Of a DNA stretch of 64,000 nt, positions 47,295 through 62,200 are shown piece by piece (the first letter of the stretch is position 1; each line of letters begins with the position of its first letter). The notes beneath the pieces are model-generated. The model did not search any database, was not told the origin of the DNA, and saw nothing but the letters and a program-made list of their open reading frames with translations. Position numbers and translations under genes: made by a program. The DNA lies in assembly GCF_033153115.1 (NCBI RefSeq), contig NW_026889772.1:1426001-1490000 (forward strand), read 5' to 3'. Origin of the DNA: Saccostrea echinata. Taxonomy: Eukaryota.

Positions 47295-50200
47295 GTTGTA
47301 ATCTTCAATTCATNNNNNNNNNNNNNNNNNNNNNNNNNNNNNNNNNNNNNNNNNNNNNNNNNNNNNNNNNNNNNNNNNNNNNNNNNNNNNNNNNNNNNNN
47401 NNNNNNNNNNNNNNNNNNNNNNNNNNNNNNNNNNNNNNNNNNNNNNNNNNNNNNNNNNNNNNNNNNNNNNNNNNNNNNNNNNNNNNNNNNNNNNNNNNNN
47501 NNNNNNNNNNNNNNNNNNNNNNNNNNNNNNNNNNNNNNNNNNNNNNNNNNNNNNNNNNNNNNNNNNNNNNNNNNNNNNNNNNNNNNNNNNNNNNNNNNNN
47601 NNNNNNNNACAGTTTCCAAATTTCATTCAACACAAGCGCTTTCTGGATTTAACAATCCTTCTTCAGGTGTACATACTTTGAACTATATATAAATATATTG
47701 GTCGTTCTCCATTAATTGATTGCTATCTTACTAGGTTAAAAACGTCCCCAATGACGAGGAGTTTTCTTTTTCTCACAAGGTAGGTGACATCATGCGTCTT
47801 CCTTGACAATGTATACATACATTTCGGATTATACAACAATATAGACAAGTTTCATTGTATTTCAAATTGGAGACAACTTTCCTTATTTCATTATGACTTT
47901 TTACTTATTTCATCCATCTCTATACAGAAAGCTATCAACTGCATAGAGTCATAAGCTCATCATAATTTCATCGTCACTTTTTCCCTTTTTTAATGTACGA
48001 TGTTGCAACTCTTATGATGTAATAATTAATATTAATAGAAATCATTTGACACAGTTGTATCATTTTACTTTAGCATCAAAAATAAGTCCCAGGAAAAAGG
48101 AAAAGATTCATTAAATCCTCAACTGCTCGATATTATTTCCATGAAATAGTCTGATCAAGAGCTAAACAATATTTTCTATCAGGTTAAAATGAAAGTTCAG
48201 ATAGCGAGAATTTTATAAAATGGGTGTGACCGATCGGCAGGGGAAGCTCACTCCTCCATGGCACATGATCCCATTTCTGATGATTTTGGAGGTCGTGTTT
48301 GCCTCTGCTCCTGATTTGTATTGTCTAATTTGACTTTGAGCTTCAAGAATACTGTTCTTTATCTCCATATTTCATATACATAAGATGATGTTCTCATAAC
48401 TTTAGTTTGATCTGGTGAAGTTGAACCTCACTCTGAAGGCTGATAAGGCGAAGGAGATGATTTTTGGTGACGAATCTTGGGAAACTTTAGACGACTTGAC
48501 AGATATCTATTCGAAAACATTTGAAGAGCCCAAGGTAAGAAATCAAAAGTTTTATCTTATTGTGAATTATAATTCTTATTTTCTTTTTTTTATACTGTTT
48601 GCCTTAACGAAACAAAACTTATATAAATATACATCAAAACAGCTTTAAAAAATTGTCATAGCTATTTTGAAGGAAGACTCGGACCCTCTAGGAGATTCAG
48701 AGTTATTTTATGGTGAAGTAACCTGAAATAACCTTGGACACCCCCCCCCCCCCAACATATATCCCTAACAAAAAAAACTTTGATACTTTGATTTACTATG
48801 AAACTTTACTTTGGAACCTTTTTTGAAATTTCAAAGCTTAAAATCTCTTAATTCGATAATAGTAAGGTAAAATTTGAAATCATATGTGAATATACAAATA
48901 ATATTTCAGTTTAATATAAAAAATGTACATGTATGAATTGAAGGACCAAAAATATAATGATCTGAAATCCATAGTAAAAATACTTTGATTTACTATAGTG
49001 AAAAAACTTTGATCCTGTAGTAAACTATAGTTAACTATAGTAAATTATAGTACTTTTTGTTAGCGATGGACCCCTCGTAAATGGTAAGAAAAGCGATATA
49101 TATGATAGAAAACCAGCTTACAAAAAGTTCTCCAAATTATTTTATAACGTATTTTCATAAAACAAGGATTGTTAATGGTACATGCACAATGTATTCTATA
49201 ATAAATGTCCACTAAAAAAAGGATTTTAAATTAAACACAATTTTCTTCGGAAACATTGCAATCCATTGCGAAGTTTGAATCATTTTACCAATCAGCTTTA
49301 CAATTGGCACTTGGTCAGAAGAAAAAAACCCTCTAAGTCCAAAAACAGCAATTGACAAAGCGAAAAATAATTAAAATTTGTATGTTGAATTAAAACTGAT
49401 TTTGTTACATTATGATTATCATTATAATCTGATTCTAATTATCTATAAAGAGAGTCAACTTACGACTAATGGAGTGTGTATCTTATTTTGAACAGGGGAT
49501 GCAGGGTTGGGAGAGTGATGTTAGTTTTGGCTGGCAGCGATTAAATGGTCTCAATCCAAACGTGATTTGTCTTTGTACCCATCTACCGGACAAGTAAAGT
49601 TTTGTTATTAATTTATTTGTTCTTCTAAAGAGATATAATAAAACAAGAATTATCTTTGTAGCAGAGATTATACGTATTTAATAATCAGTACCAAAATTAT
49701 TTTTATAGATTGTGCGTGTTGACAAAAAAAAAATAACCCTTGATTGATGTTAAAGTAATTAAAAGTCAGTATCAAAACTAATCATTTAAATTAATTCAGA
49801 TTTGGTGTGACTGAAGAAATGATTAAACCTTTCCTCGAGGGCCTGACAATATTCCAAGCCATCAGGGATAAACGTTTGTTCATCACTGATTTAGAAATAC
49901 TGAATGGGATTTCTGTTATCGAAGGCTATGTGGTAAGTTTGTTTATTACTGATCTAGAAATACTGAATGAGATTTCTCTAAAATATAGAGGGCTATATCG
50001 TTGTTTCTCTCTGACTTAGAAATATTAAATGGGGCTTTCTGGCCTAGGGCTATAAATGAGATCACAAAATTTAACCACAATCAACAACATCAAAAAATAC
50101 GGCTTTTCAACACTTTATAAATGTACAATAATTCCTCACTATAAATTAAATTCCAGACTTTTTGACTTAATTGACAGCTGCTTTTTCAATAAAAATGGAA

Positions 50201-53200
50201 CTCGTAAATTTTCTTACCTTGTCATTGGTCATTTGCAAATTATTTTCTTAAGAAACATTCTGATTGTACACACAAGTACTCTGAAGAAGACATTAACTAT
50301 TTATTTTTTGTATTGATATAAAGCATAAACTTACACATGAGAAAAAGAAGACAATTGTTATGGCCTTCAGATCGACATTTAGATATTTCGACCACGTATT
50401 ATCAATTAACAATAGTTAATTCCATTCATATTTCGACAAGATATATTTCAACAAAAGATACCACAGAGTCTGACACATCTGTTTCAAATTTGGATATTAT
50501 AATTCAAACAGGACGTTTATGGTAACCTAACAACAAAACTTTCTGATAAATGTGATGACCTCAACTTTTTTATCGTTTTATCGTTAACTTCCCTTACTTA
50601 TTTAGCAATACCCTTATTACCTGTATATGAGGTTTTATATCTTCCGGTTGAGCAGGCGGCTATTGGCAAACTAGATGATGAAACAAGAATATCAGCAGTT
50701 TCGTTTAAAGTTATTATTTTGCAATTTCTATAGTCGATACAATGACTTTGTCAGCAAATAAAATTTATCAGTAAGTCAGATGCTGACTAAAGTTTTTCAT
50801 TATAATGGTTAGACCATTATTTGAACACTGAATTGTCTTGGAAATTTCCGTTTGCTCGATCATGACAAGGAGCACATGGCGGGTTTAACAGGTCGACAGT
50901 GTATACTTACCCCTCCATACTGTAGATTGGCAAATAATCACGATGGTTTTAATTTCACTATGTTCGCGATTCATCATTTTTCGGCCAAATTAGACCCATC
51001 TTGAATGCAATCATTAGTTTTTAAAAACGTTTACATGCTTATAGGAAATTTAAATTAATTTCTTGCAGCGTTAAATTAAAACCAACGCGATTGGTACTTT
51101 TTGAGAAATCGTGAAATATTAACATTGTGGAATTAGAACGACGTACAGTATCACGTAATCCCACGGCGAGTGTGATCAGTCGATAGGGGATGCTTACTCC
51201 TCAATGATACCTGATCCCACCTCTGATGTTTTTAGAGGTCCGTGTGTGCTCTGCTTTCGATTTTATTGTTTCAATGGACTTTTGAGCTTGATTATTGCTT
51301 GTTTTCTCCATATTTCATGTGGAAAAGGCAAAAGGTGTGATCTTCTTACAGAAAATGAATGATAAATGCCCTTAATGTTATAATCATGATAAAGTAATTT
51401 TTAGAACGGTTAGAAATGAGGATGATGATTCATATTTTCAAGTGGTTAGAGCGTTTGCTCTAGAGTTGCAGAGTAAGGGGTTGATTCTAACGTCGCGGGT
51501 TTGAACCCATTTGTGGGACGTGAAGACCAGTCCTTCGGATGAGACCGTATAAAAAGAGGTCCCGTGTCGCAGTAGATGCTGGCACGAAAGAGGTCCCTCG
51601 CTGCTCTATTGCCCTAAGTGGCGAGTATAGGTTTAAATTTGTAGCTCTCCACCGGCAAGTGGTGGCGTCTCCATATGAGTGAAAAAAAATCTTGAAAGGG
51701 ATGTTAAACAACAATAAATAAACAAACAAACAAATATACTTACAATCCAAAACAAATACATGTATACGTAGCAATGTCCATATAGGTCCTTATCCTTTGT
51801 TTCTTGTAAAGGATACATGACACTGACAAACAAAAATTTGATGCCTGGATTGATATATATTTCTTGACTGATTTTGAACAGAAATGACATAAATAATAAA
51901 TCCCTATAATAACACTTGCTGTGTCCTTCAACTCGACATTTAGATATATCGAAGACGTATTGTCAATTAACAATGGTTATTTCCATTCTTAAGTCGATAA
52001 GATATATCCCGGTGAGCTTGAAATAAAAAATACCACAGAGACTGAAACTTCTGTTTCATATTTGGATATTTTTCTAGAAAAAGACATCAAAAATAATCTA
52101 ACACCAAGTTTTATGAAAACATTGCGACTTTAACTTTTCAATCGTCAACTTCCATTGCTTAAGCAGCAATTGATTCGATACGCAAGAGCATGCTCTACGT
52201 ATGAACAATTTCTAAAACGAAACAAAATAATTTGATTGGATACAAAATGCACTTTTTATCGTATAAATATAAATTGGGTTGCCCACGTCACAAAGATTTT
52301 GCATCAAAATCGTATCGAAGCCCACTGACGTTACATTTAAATTTCGTACAATTTGAAGACATTTTAAAGGACAATCATCTTATTTACTTACACTAAATGA
52401 ATGAAAATTAACATATAAGGAATGAATTTAATAGCCACGCAATTTATACGGTATAAACCGGGTTTGAACAGTTTACGCTTTTTTTATAAAATGCTTCGCG
52501 GTTTATAAAGCACGTAAACTGTCCAAACCCACTTTACATCGTATAAATTGGATAGCTATTGAATTCATTCCTTAATAACTTTTATTCACAATTTGTCAGT
52601 TTGAAATACATCCACTTTAAATGTTGGAGACTGGGGAAATATTCTATGAAAAAAACAATTACATAATTAAATAGTTCTCAGCTATGACATTCGATTTAAG
52701 GTTTACCATCCCTCTACTTACTCATATAAAATCTTTCCTTAACGCTATGATCATCAAGAGCAAATCTTATTTATAGCTAAAATGCACACATCTCAGCATA
52801 CCTTGCAAAATTTGACAGAAATGGCCTGTAAACGCGACAGTTTTATAAAGAAATAATAGTAGTTTACACCAGTTAGACTTACTAGTATCTCATTTATCAA
52901 AATAAAAATATATCTAAAAACACACTTTAATAATTATTGGCAGGGGAGTTAAAAATTTCATAAAAACCTGTAAGTGCAAAATTTTGTCCCTTTTTGACTT
53001 TTGCAGTGTCCAACACCCATTGCCCTTTTCTTTGTTGATGCTAGAGGTCAGCTGATGCCAGTAGCGATACAACTCTTTCAACAGAAGGGACCTGATAACC
53101 CTGTAAGGTCTTATCCCCTTGTGCTAACTACTGACGTTTTTAATTGGCCAAAGAGGTTATTGGAACAACTACAAAAGATAAGCACTAAAATATGTCATTG

Positions 53201-56200
53201 AATTTCAGGTATTTTTGCCTACTGATCCCCCATATACCTGGTTAATGGCCAAAATGTGGTTTAATGTGGGGGACTCAAGTCTTCATCAAACCGTTGTTCA
53301 TCTAGGTAAAGCTGTGTTAACTTTGTTTCTTTTATTTATTATATTTTTTGACAGCAAAAAGATATCCGATATTAAATTCTTTGTAATTATCAGATTATCA
53401 TAGCAAGTAAAGCATTAAATAAAATGAATTGTTTGTTATAATTCATTTTGTCATTGGTTTAACTGCTTTGCATTAAATCATTAAATAAGGCGTTAATAAT
53501 CTAAATTTTTAAAAGCAATAATTATTGGAGACAAGGTCGTAATTATCACTATTCATTAGAATATTTATTGATTGGTTTTACAGAATAACAAAAATAGTTG
53601 TAATTGATTCTTGTTATAATTGTATAAAATTGTCAAATACAGTTGCATTTTTTTCTTCGATCAAGATGAACAAGCTCAAGGTGTACCAACTAACTTTGCA
53701 TGAATGTTCATCAACACATCTATAAATGTATATCAATATTCGGTTTACTTTAAGGTTGCACACACCTAATTTTGGAGAGCGTGTGTGTAGCGGCCAATAG
53801 ATGTCTGTCTCCTTCACATCCCATGTTTAAACTGCTGGCCCCTCATCTTCTCTACATTATTGCAATCAATGAGTAGGTATTTTTCATTCTTTTTTTATGA
53901 CAATGAATTTTGTATGTGGGTATTACGTGTACATACTGATTTACATATAAGAGATCCAAATCCTTCTGTAGACCATAAACAAAGAACGAGGGAGCTTTAT
54001 GTTCGGATTCGGCAGGAATCTGGGCGCAGTTGAAAAGTGAAAATTTCAATGATGCGACACATGATATATTAGCATTCTATTGATGAACAGGGTTCTTGTG
54101 ATATAGTAAGGGGAATATTTTCCCGATATTGTGTTTTGATTTGCTAAAATACGCCATGAATTATGGCTAGATGCGTCATTTGGTACAAAATGTTACATTT
54201 TTACACACGTTTCTATATAAATTAACTATCTATGGCTTTTTGCTCCACGATTTTAAAACTGTATTTTTGTGCATTTTAAACATTCGTTTAAAAAAAGAAT
54301 GAAAAGAAATTGTGATAATATTAAAAAATAATTTTTTTTTTTAAAAATCACATTGTGTAAATGTTTTGCTTCATAGTTGTTTTTAAACATACGTTCTTAC
54401 AGTATGTAGCGATGACAGCGCAGAGGTATGTTATCTGACCATGACGTTGAGGAATAGATAAATCCTTGCTTGGGGCGTTTATTTATTAAAAAAAAGTCTA
54501 TGGTAATATTGACTTTATTTGATTTTTTTTCTAGAATTTAAAATTGAAATTAAATTAAATTCTGTTTCATCGAAACAAAGTGCAATTCTTCTGATCCACT
54601 GAGGTTTTGATACATTTAAATGCATTTGCAATTTACTATACCCTATTACATCCTATTGTTTGATAACTGTTTATTTATTAATGTGAAATGTTACACATGT
54701 TATCTAAATTGTTAAGATAAGCAAACTTAAATATTAATTTTTTGGCAAGGTATTTCAGTGTAATGTAATATTTTTTCCTATATGTGCAGCTTTTGTAATG
54801 TCTGTCCAGCTGTGGTCGGCCAGTGTAAAGACGAATAATGACCCCCATAGAAAAATGACCGGGGGTTATTTTTCAACGACAAAAAATGACCCCCAACCGT
54901 AGAAAAAAATGACTTTTTGTAGAAAAAGAGCCCTAGGGGTCATTTTTTATGTGTGCGTCCTATAAAGAATTGACCCCCCGTTAAAAAAAATGACCCCTTT
55001 TCCAACAGAGTGCATGATACAAAATTTATAATACATGTAGGTGATTGATGCCAAGGTTTGAACCTCAATGTTTATTATTCTTCTTTATGCCCTTTTTGAC
55101 CAACACTGGACGAACGCGCAATTAAAATGCAATTAAAAAAACATTACATTTACATGCATATTTCTATCTTTTAAGCCTACTGTGTTCTCAGCACATATTG
55201 AAAATCGCAAAATGGCTACTATTGGTTATAACTCTTAACGTAATTTCCTTTTATGACTGTCTTCCATTTGTTTCATATTTGGATATTTGACGGAATATAG
55301 ACATTCATAGATAAATAACAGACAAGTGGGATGTTCTGGCTTTTCTTTGGTAAACATGTCTCCCAAAGTAATCAGCATGCTTTGAGTAGGATCAAGTTTT
55401 TTTTAAAAACTGAAGGAAAAAAAAATGAGATAAGTTTTCGGAAATAAATACGGAAAGTTATGTAATGTAATATATATGTTTATTTTGAATGACATAAAAA
55501 GTCGTGCAAATGAGGTAGAATGTATCGAAAATGACATAATATCTCGTACGAACGACAAACTGTGGATATATGTCTTTCCTAATGAAAAAAAGGTGAAGAT
55601 AACGAACAGTGACGATTCTAAAATATCCACAAACAATACAATTCTGTTAACAGGGCATAGAAAAGGACCCCCGAAATTTGCAGAGGTCGAATCAGGTGCC
55701 TAGAAAGAGTAAGCATCCCCTGTTCACCCGTCACACCCGCCCTGAGCCATATGAATAAATCAGGTAAACGGGACATTTCATTGTCGAATTTAGTATAAAA
55801 ACAAGGACCAAACAATTGACCTAATTATAGGTTATATTTGTTGACAGGGTTATTGATACGACCACTGAATTTACGAAATGCTGACTTTAAACGAGGTTGT
55901 TGAAACCCCTGTAACATCAACTTACATGTATATGTCAGTAGTCTGCCTCGATTTCAAAATTAATCGTGCAATTGGGTATCGAATAAGTTGGTAGACGTAA
56001 ACATTAAATGCTAATGATACCGGAATATTACTTCATAAATAAGGAAAGTTGACGATAGAAAAAGCTGAAGTCATCCCGTTTGTTAGACAATTTAGTTGTT
56101 AGTTGGTCCTTATCGTCTATAGTCAGTAGATCGTCCAAATATGAAGCAGACGTGGCAAACATAAGAAGGACATAAAATTTCTGCATGTCTGAAATATATA

Positions 56201-59200
56201 CAATCGTATAATGTATATTAAAGTCTGTTAACATGGTCGTCTGAGAAGACGATACATACATTTAAGAGGAATATTTTTTTTTTCTAAAATCCACTTAAAA
56301 CAGTGATACATTTGTCAAATCAATATGGAAACATTTCAATGCAGTGTATATTGAAGTAGATTAATGTTTTCAATTTATTATTAAAGACAGACAATTTGAT
56401 TGCCCTTCCAGGTGAATAGAATGATTTATTTTTCCTACATTTAACTAAAAATAGCTTGAAAACAACTCTGAAAGTTATTTCACCTACATCTGAATTCCAC
56501 TTAAGTGAACATAATATTCAGGCTCAAAGAGTTGGAGAAGAGGAAGGGATTGTCCCATCCCCTTTTCTGAAGGTTCATTTGATATAATATTTGGCCCTGA
56601 GAAGTTCTAAAAATTAAAGTTTACGCTGAATCAAAACTTTACATTGAAAATAAAGGTTGGATTTATGCTTTTTAAAAAAATAAATCCAAACTTTGAGAAT
56701 GTGCCCCTGTATACTGTTTATTCTTGGTCAAATCTTGCACGGAATGCGTATTTCCGGAAAATTCGTTAAAAATCAGAGACTTAAAAGCATTTTTCGATAG
56801 GTCCCCATTATATCACCACTCTGAAATTTTCACAAATGAAACATCGATTTGAAAGCATTTTATATGCAAAAAATCACGATGGTGATATTGTGCGGACCAT
56901 GTTTATTTTTTAAAAATGTGTTCATTTTACAGCATACAATAAACATGCATTCGACGGTGTTTTGCTAAATCTAAATATTATTGAGAATATACATCGCCAC
57001 ATATCGCTAAATATCCTTTAATATAAAGGATAAAATTATCACATCAATGTTATGAAGATCTGCTCTGTACTAATTCTTTACACGTTGCTTGAATTCAGAT
57101 ACAGATGTAAATTGTGCTCTATATTAGTATAACGTTATAAATCTAGCATCTTACTTCCGCGCCCACTAACTAAAAGCGACAGTTGTCCGAGTTAGACGAT
57201 ATCTGGACGTTAGGTGGTTGAAAAAAGTAGCAGTTCAGGAAAAAAAATCAGTATTTAGAATTGTCATATAATTATTATTTTACACTTAGTTTATTTATAA
57301 CCCAGTGCCTGTGTCCATAATCATGTCAAGCTGAACATTATAAAACAATTTATACGTCATTTTTGAAAATTGACGTCACAATGGTTTCGCCGATCTATTT
57401 GGCCTGTTGGGAAAATGTACATGGACATGACTTTTTTTGAGCTATTATAGTGAAAATTAGAGGCTAAGTTTCCAAGATAGAATACAAACCTGGCAAAATA
57501 TCACAATAGATTTAACAATGCGCCTCTCAGTATAAAATATGTGCTATGTAGATCAGTTCCGAACATAATCTAGATTGTCATATATATATTATCGATGACT
57601 TCAGCTACCTTTTTTGAAGAGTTCCATAAAAATTATCCGTAAATTCATTATACATCACATAAAAGTATTTTTTCACATCATTTCTCGAGATGGTCAGAAA
57701 AGGGGCAATATATAGCATTTTATGTACACTTAATAGCGATTACATAAAGGTTGCATGTAATATTTACATAATGTTAAAAAAAAGGAAACAATAAACTTGG
57801 GGGTATAAATTACTACATGAGTGATAATATCGGATGGGAGGGGTCGTGTCCAAATGCTCCTCTTATATTTATATTCTTAATATCACTATAGATCGACAGA
57901 CCTACATGTATAATTGTATATAGAAACATTATTCTGTATTAATATCCAAAAAGCATTGCCTATCTGCGAGCACATGCAAAACTTAAATTCTGACTTGTTT
58001 ACTAAAACAGATATTAACCTTTGCTAAGAAATGATAAGTATATATCCACTGATATCTGTGCATAAGTGAAATATTCTCGAACGGGACTCGTACATGTAAG
58101 GCAGTGATCGTAGAAAATATAGCTGATTTTATTTTTGTAAATTGTTTCAACTCAAGGGAAAATTTTAAATAAACTATATACAGGGTGTCATAGAACATAG
58201 AAACTGATTATTAAATGCATATACAATGTATAAGCAAGGATAAATGTAACAATTTATTTAAGAAATAATGTATCATTTTTAAACATCTATCGGGATATAA
58301 ATACGGGTTGGTCACGAGATCAAATTCCATAAAGCCCGAAGGTGACCCCAGGTGGTAGGGTGGAACCACAATGGATGATCAGTTTTACATAGGAATACAT
58401 AGGAAAGATCATTAAAAATCCTTTTCTTAAGAACCACAAAGCTTTCATTGATCATATTTATATGGGAGATTCTCGGGTAATTCAACATTTATAAAATAAT
58501 AACCCCCAAGGGTAGGATGGGGCCACAACGGATGATCAAAGTATTAAATAGGAATACACATCAGGAAAAATCTTTACAAATCTTCTTCTCAAGAAGAGCA
58601 AGGCCATAATTATTGATTCATATTAATATTGAAGCATCGTCGGGTAGTGTAAAATCAAGTTTGTTAAAATCATGACCCCGGGGGTAGAGTGGAACCACAG
58701 TGGGGTTCAAAGTTTTACATAGGAATTTAAAAGAAAGATCTTTAAAAATCCTTTTCTCTAGAATAGCAAATTATATTATATTATCTTTAAAAATCTTTTA
58801 AAGCCATTAAAAGTCAAAGAAATATTGAAGCATCCTCAGTTAGTGTAAATTTTAGATTGTTCAAATCATGCCCCCCCCCCCAATCCTTTAATAGGTTGGG
58901 AACACTTATCTCTTTAAACTTTTCAATACTGAACTGATTTCTGCTTTTTCCTAGCTGAAGTGCCCAGGTGAGCGATGTGGCCCATGGGCCTTTTACTTTT
59001 ATATTATTATTTATTTATTTTTATTATCATTATTTTTTTGCAACACATATTAAATTTAGAGATATCCAGAGCTAAATCGGTTTTGTTTTTCCATTTTTAG
59101 AAATGTTAAATGAGATTTTAATAACATTTTAAACAATTGCAGCCGCGGTCTTGTCAAACTAATAGGGCCTGAAGGAGTATTCGATATATTGACAGCGGTC

Positions 59201-62200
59201 GGACGCAAGGGTGCTGCGGAGCTCATTGCCAAAGGGTGATTATATTACGGGTTCACGTTTTAACCTTTCACTAGTATTTGTGGTACAAATATTATACAAT
59301 TATAGCCCTTCTATGGGGATGAGATGCTTGAGTTGCTGATTGACCATATCTATGCAGCCTTTAGGGTTCCGGTCTCCCAAAAATCTGTCATTCCCATGGG
59401 TACCAATTGCGCCCCGATATAAGCACACCTATTTTTGTATTCATATGAAGCAGAATTTATTCCAAATTTTGAACATGAGAAGAAAACACTTTTTGTGGCA
59501 TCTCACCATCTCACATCTCACATTCGGAAAGACGTTAATGGTAACCTAACAACAAAGCTTTATGATACACGTGAGGACTTCAACTTTTCAATCGTCAACT
59601 TCCCTTACTTATGTAACAGTATACTCTTATCACCTGAATATGGAGTTTATTTTTCTCAGATGATTAGATACGCTAGAGCCTGCTCTACATATGAACAATT
59701 TCTAAAATGAGGCAAGCTATTGACAAACAAGTTGATGAAACAGGAATATCAACAGTTTCGTTTTAAGTCACCATTTTGCAATTTTAATGGTCGATACAAT
59801 GACTTTGTCAGCAAATACAATATACCATTCACTTAAATACTGACTGATGCTTTTCATACTAAATGTTAGACCATTAATTACACATTGAATTGTCTAAGGA
59901 TTTTTCCGTTATTTACCGATCATGACAAGGAACACACGGCGGATTTGACCGCTAGGCAGAGGGTGCTCACTCCTCCATGGCACCTGATCCCATCTCTAAT
60001 TTTTTAGAGGTCCGTGTTTGCTATTCTCCTGATTTGTATTGTTGGAATGGACTTATGAGCTTGAATACTGTTCGTTTTATCTATATGTCATCTATCGACT
60101 TTACAGAGATGCATATCAACTGAGTAGAAAACAAACTAATCAGATTTATTGAATTACACATTCAATGCACTATTAAAAGCAGGTAGCATCGGTCTCCTTG
60201 TTTCCTGGCTGTTTCTTGTTGCATTAGTCGTGTTCTTTTTAAATTTTACTTTTCATTTCACTTCCAGAACAAGTCCCTGGAGAATGGATGTAGAAGGAAC
60301 ATATCCTGAATTTTTGAAACACAGAGGTGTATGTAATTTCACAATGACATCTTCCTTTTAAAAAAATTATATGAGTGTTTATTAGCTTACTTTGGTGAGA
60401 TTAATCACGAGCTAGATATTTATTTTGCAAAGTACTTTTATCGAGCAAAATATGTGCTTTTACCTCAGGTGGTTTTACCCAATAAACCGATTTATTTTTC
60501 AACTTAAGTCAAACTTTTATTCAGAATCCGGGTCAAAGGTATTTTTATCATTATGGCATGAGTCCTCTTTTGCGTTTGTTGGCTTTTTTATGTCTGAATA
60601 ATATTTTCACACTAATAGACCTGAGGCAATAAAAACTTAATTGTCAGTTGATGCATTTTTGTAAAAGAATGTGTTGCGACCCAAAAGTAGGTCATGATGA
60701 CATCAATTTGGAGTGGAGCCACTTCCACCTGCAAAGTGTCGATGGCATGGTCGTGATCAATAAAAAGATGGTCTACAATGCGAGGGGCATTTGAAAAGTT
60801 TTGAGAATTGTTTGATAAAATATTAACCTTTTCATAGAAGTTAATAAATTTGATACCACTGAAAAGAGCTGGAAAATTTGCACTTTTTTTGATATCACTT
60901 TCTTATTTTTATGACGTAATAACTCCGAAAATGACATCAGAATCTTGAATGTTTAGCATACTAAAAGGTCGCGTTTTTCGTCCACATGAGAAGATCGGAA
61001 AAGTGCTGTCAAAGGCTTTTTTGAAAAGATGGAGGTAGAGTAAGACTGAAAGAATGGTAATGTTAAACAGCAATTCCAAATTTCATTTAATGATTGGTTT
61101 ATAAACACGGTTTATGTCTGGTTATGCTATCATAGACATTCATTTAAGATTTTTATTACGTGATACAGCTGGACTTTCGGTCTATTATATAGCTCTCCAT
61201 TGTATTAAACAAAACATGTTCTGTATAAAACTGAAGTGTATCAATGCAGATTTCCACAAATGAATCATGAGTAACAGAACTCTTACCGTTTAGGAATAAA
61301 ACGTACAAAAGTCTTCCCCGGACTTGTCTCTGTGCATATTTTTTTCATATTATTTCAACTTCGGCGCTCCAAAACTCACTATTGCTTTTGACTTCCGGCT
61401 CAAAAAAATGAATCTGAGTTACATTGCCATGTACAATCTTATTTATTTTCCATGAATTAAAATTTTCGAATATATTGAGTAACGGTGGGGTTACAACTAC
61501 GCCGGCGCCATTTTGGTTTTTACGAAAAAATATGGGGTATCCTAAACTTAAAATCTCTTGAGCTTTAATTGTTCCCACAAAATTGGTTAAAATACCTGAC
61601 GAATTAATGCCAGGAAATGCTGTAACACCGTCCGCTATTCCCCTTTGGTTGTCAACTTTGTCATTTTCTCACAGCTAGGTCTTTTTTACGCAATATTTTG
61701 AGCGAGATTCGATAATAACAATTTATGTTTGACACACGCTTAAACCCCCTCAGAATTATAGGATCTCCTAAATAAAACACCATATGATAGACTGTAGTCT
61801 ATTTAAACATTCTCCCAACAGGCATTTGTGTCCGTTAGAGTGCATCCGAGTAATGAGCAAAGGTCGACTTTAAAATTTTAATTCGCTGAAATTGTGTCTC
61901 TTGTTACGTCATTTTTATGGTCAGTATGCTAAACACACAGGCTTCTGACGTCATTTTCGGAGTTATTACGTCATAAATATTACAAAGTGACATCACAATA
62001 TGTGTAAATTTTTCTGATCTTTCCAATGATATATAACTCAATAATTTCCGCTAAACGGTTAATATTTTATCTACTAGTTCTCAGAACTTTTCAAATGTTC
62101 CTCGCAATGTGTAAAGTTATACTTGCTTTATACTAAGCTTTATGATAAACGTGATTACTTTAACTTTTCAATCGTCAACTTCCCTTACTTATGCAGCAAT

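Noticed and set aside
46423-47681. ORFs containing X runs
   Set aside because: Artefacts of translating N-gaps.
59700-59715. Selenocysteine recoding in Naiad copies (recurrent TGA after FLK)
   Set aside because: Other copies have CGA (Arg) here, so this is CpG decay. Conserved Cys codons remain TGT/TGC and I saw no SECIS-like AUGA..AA..GA fold.
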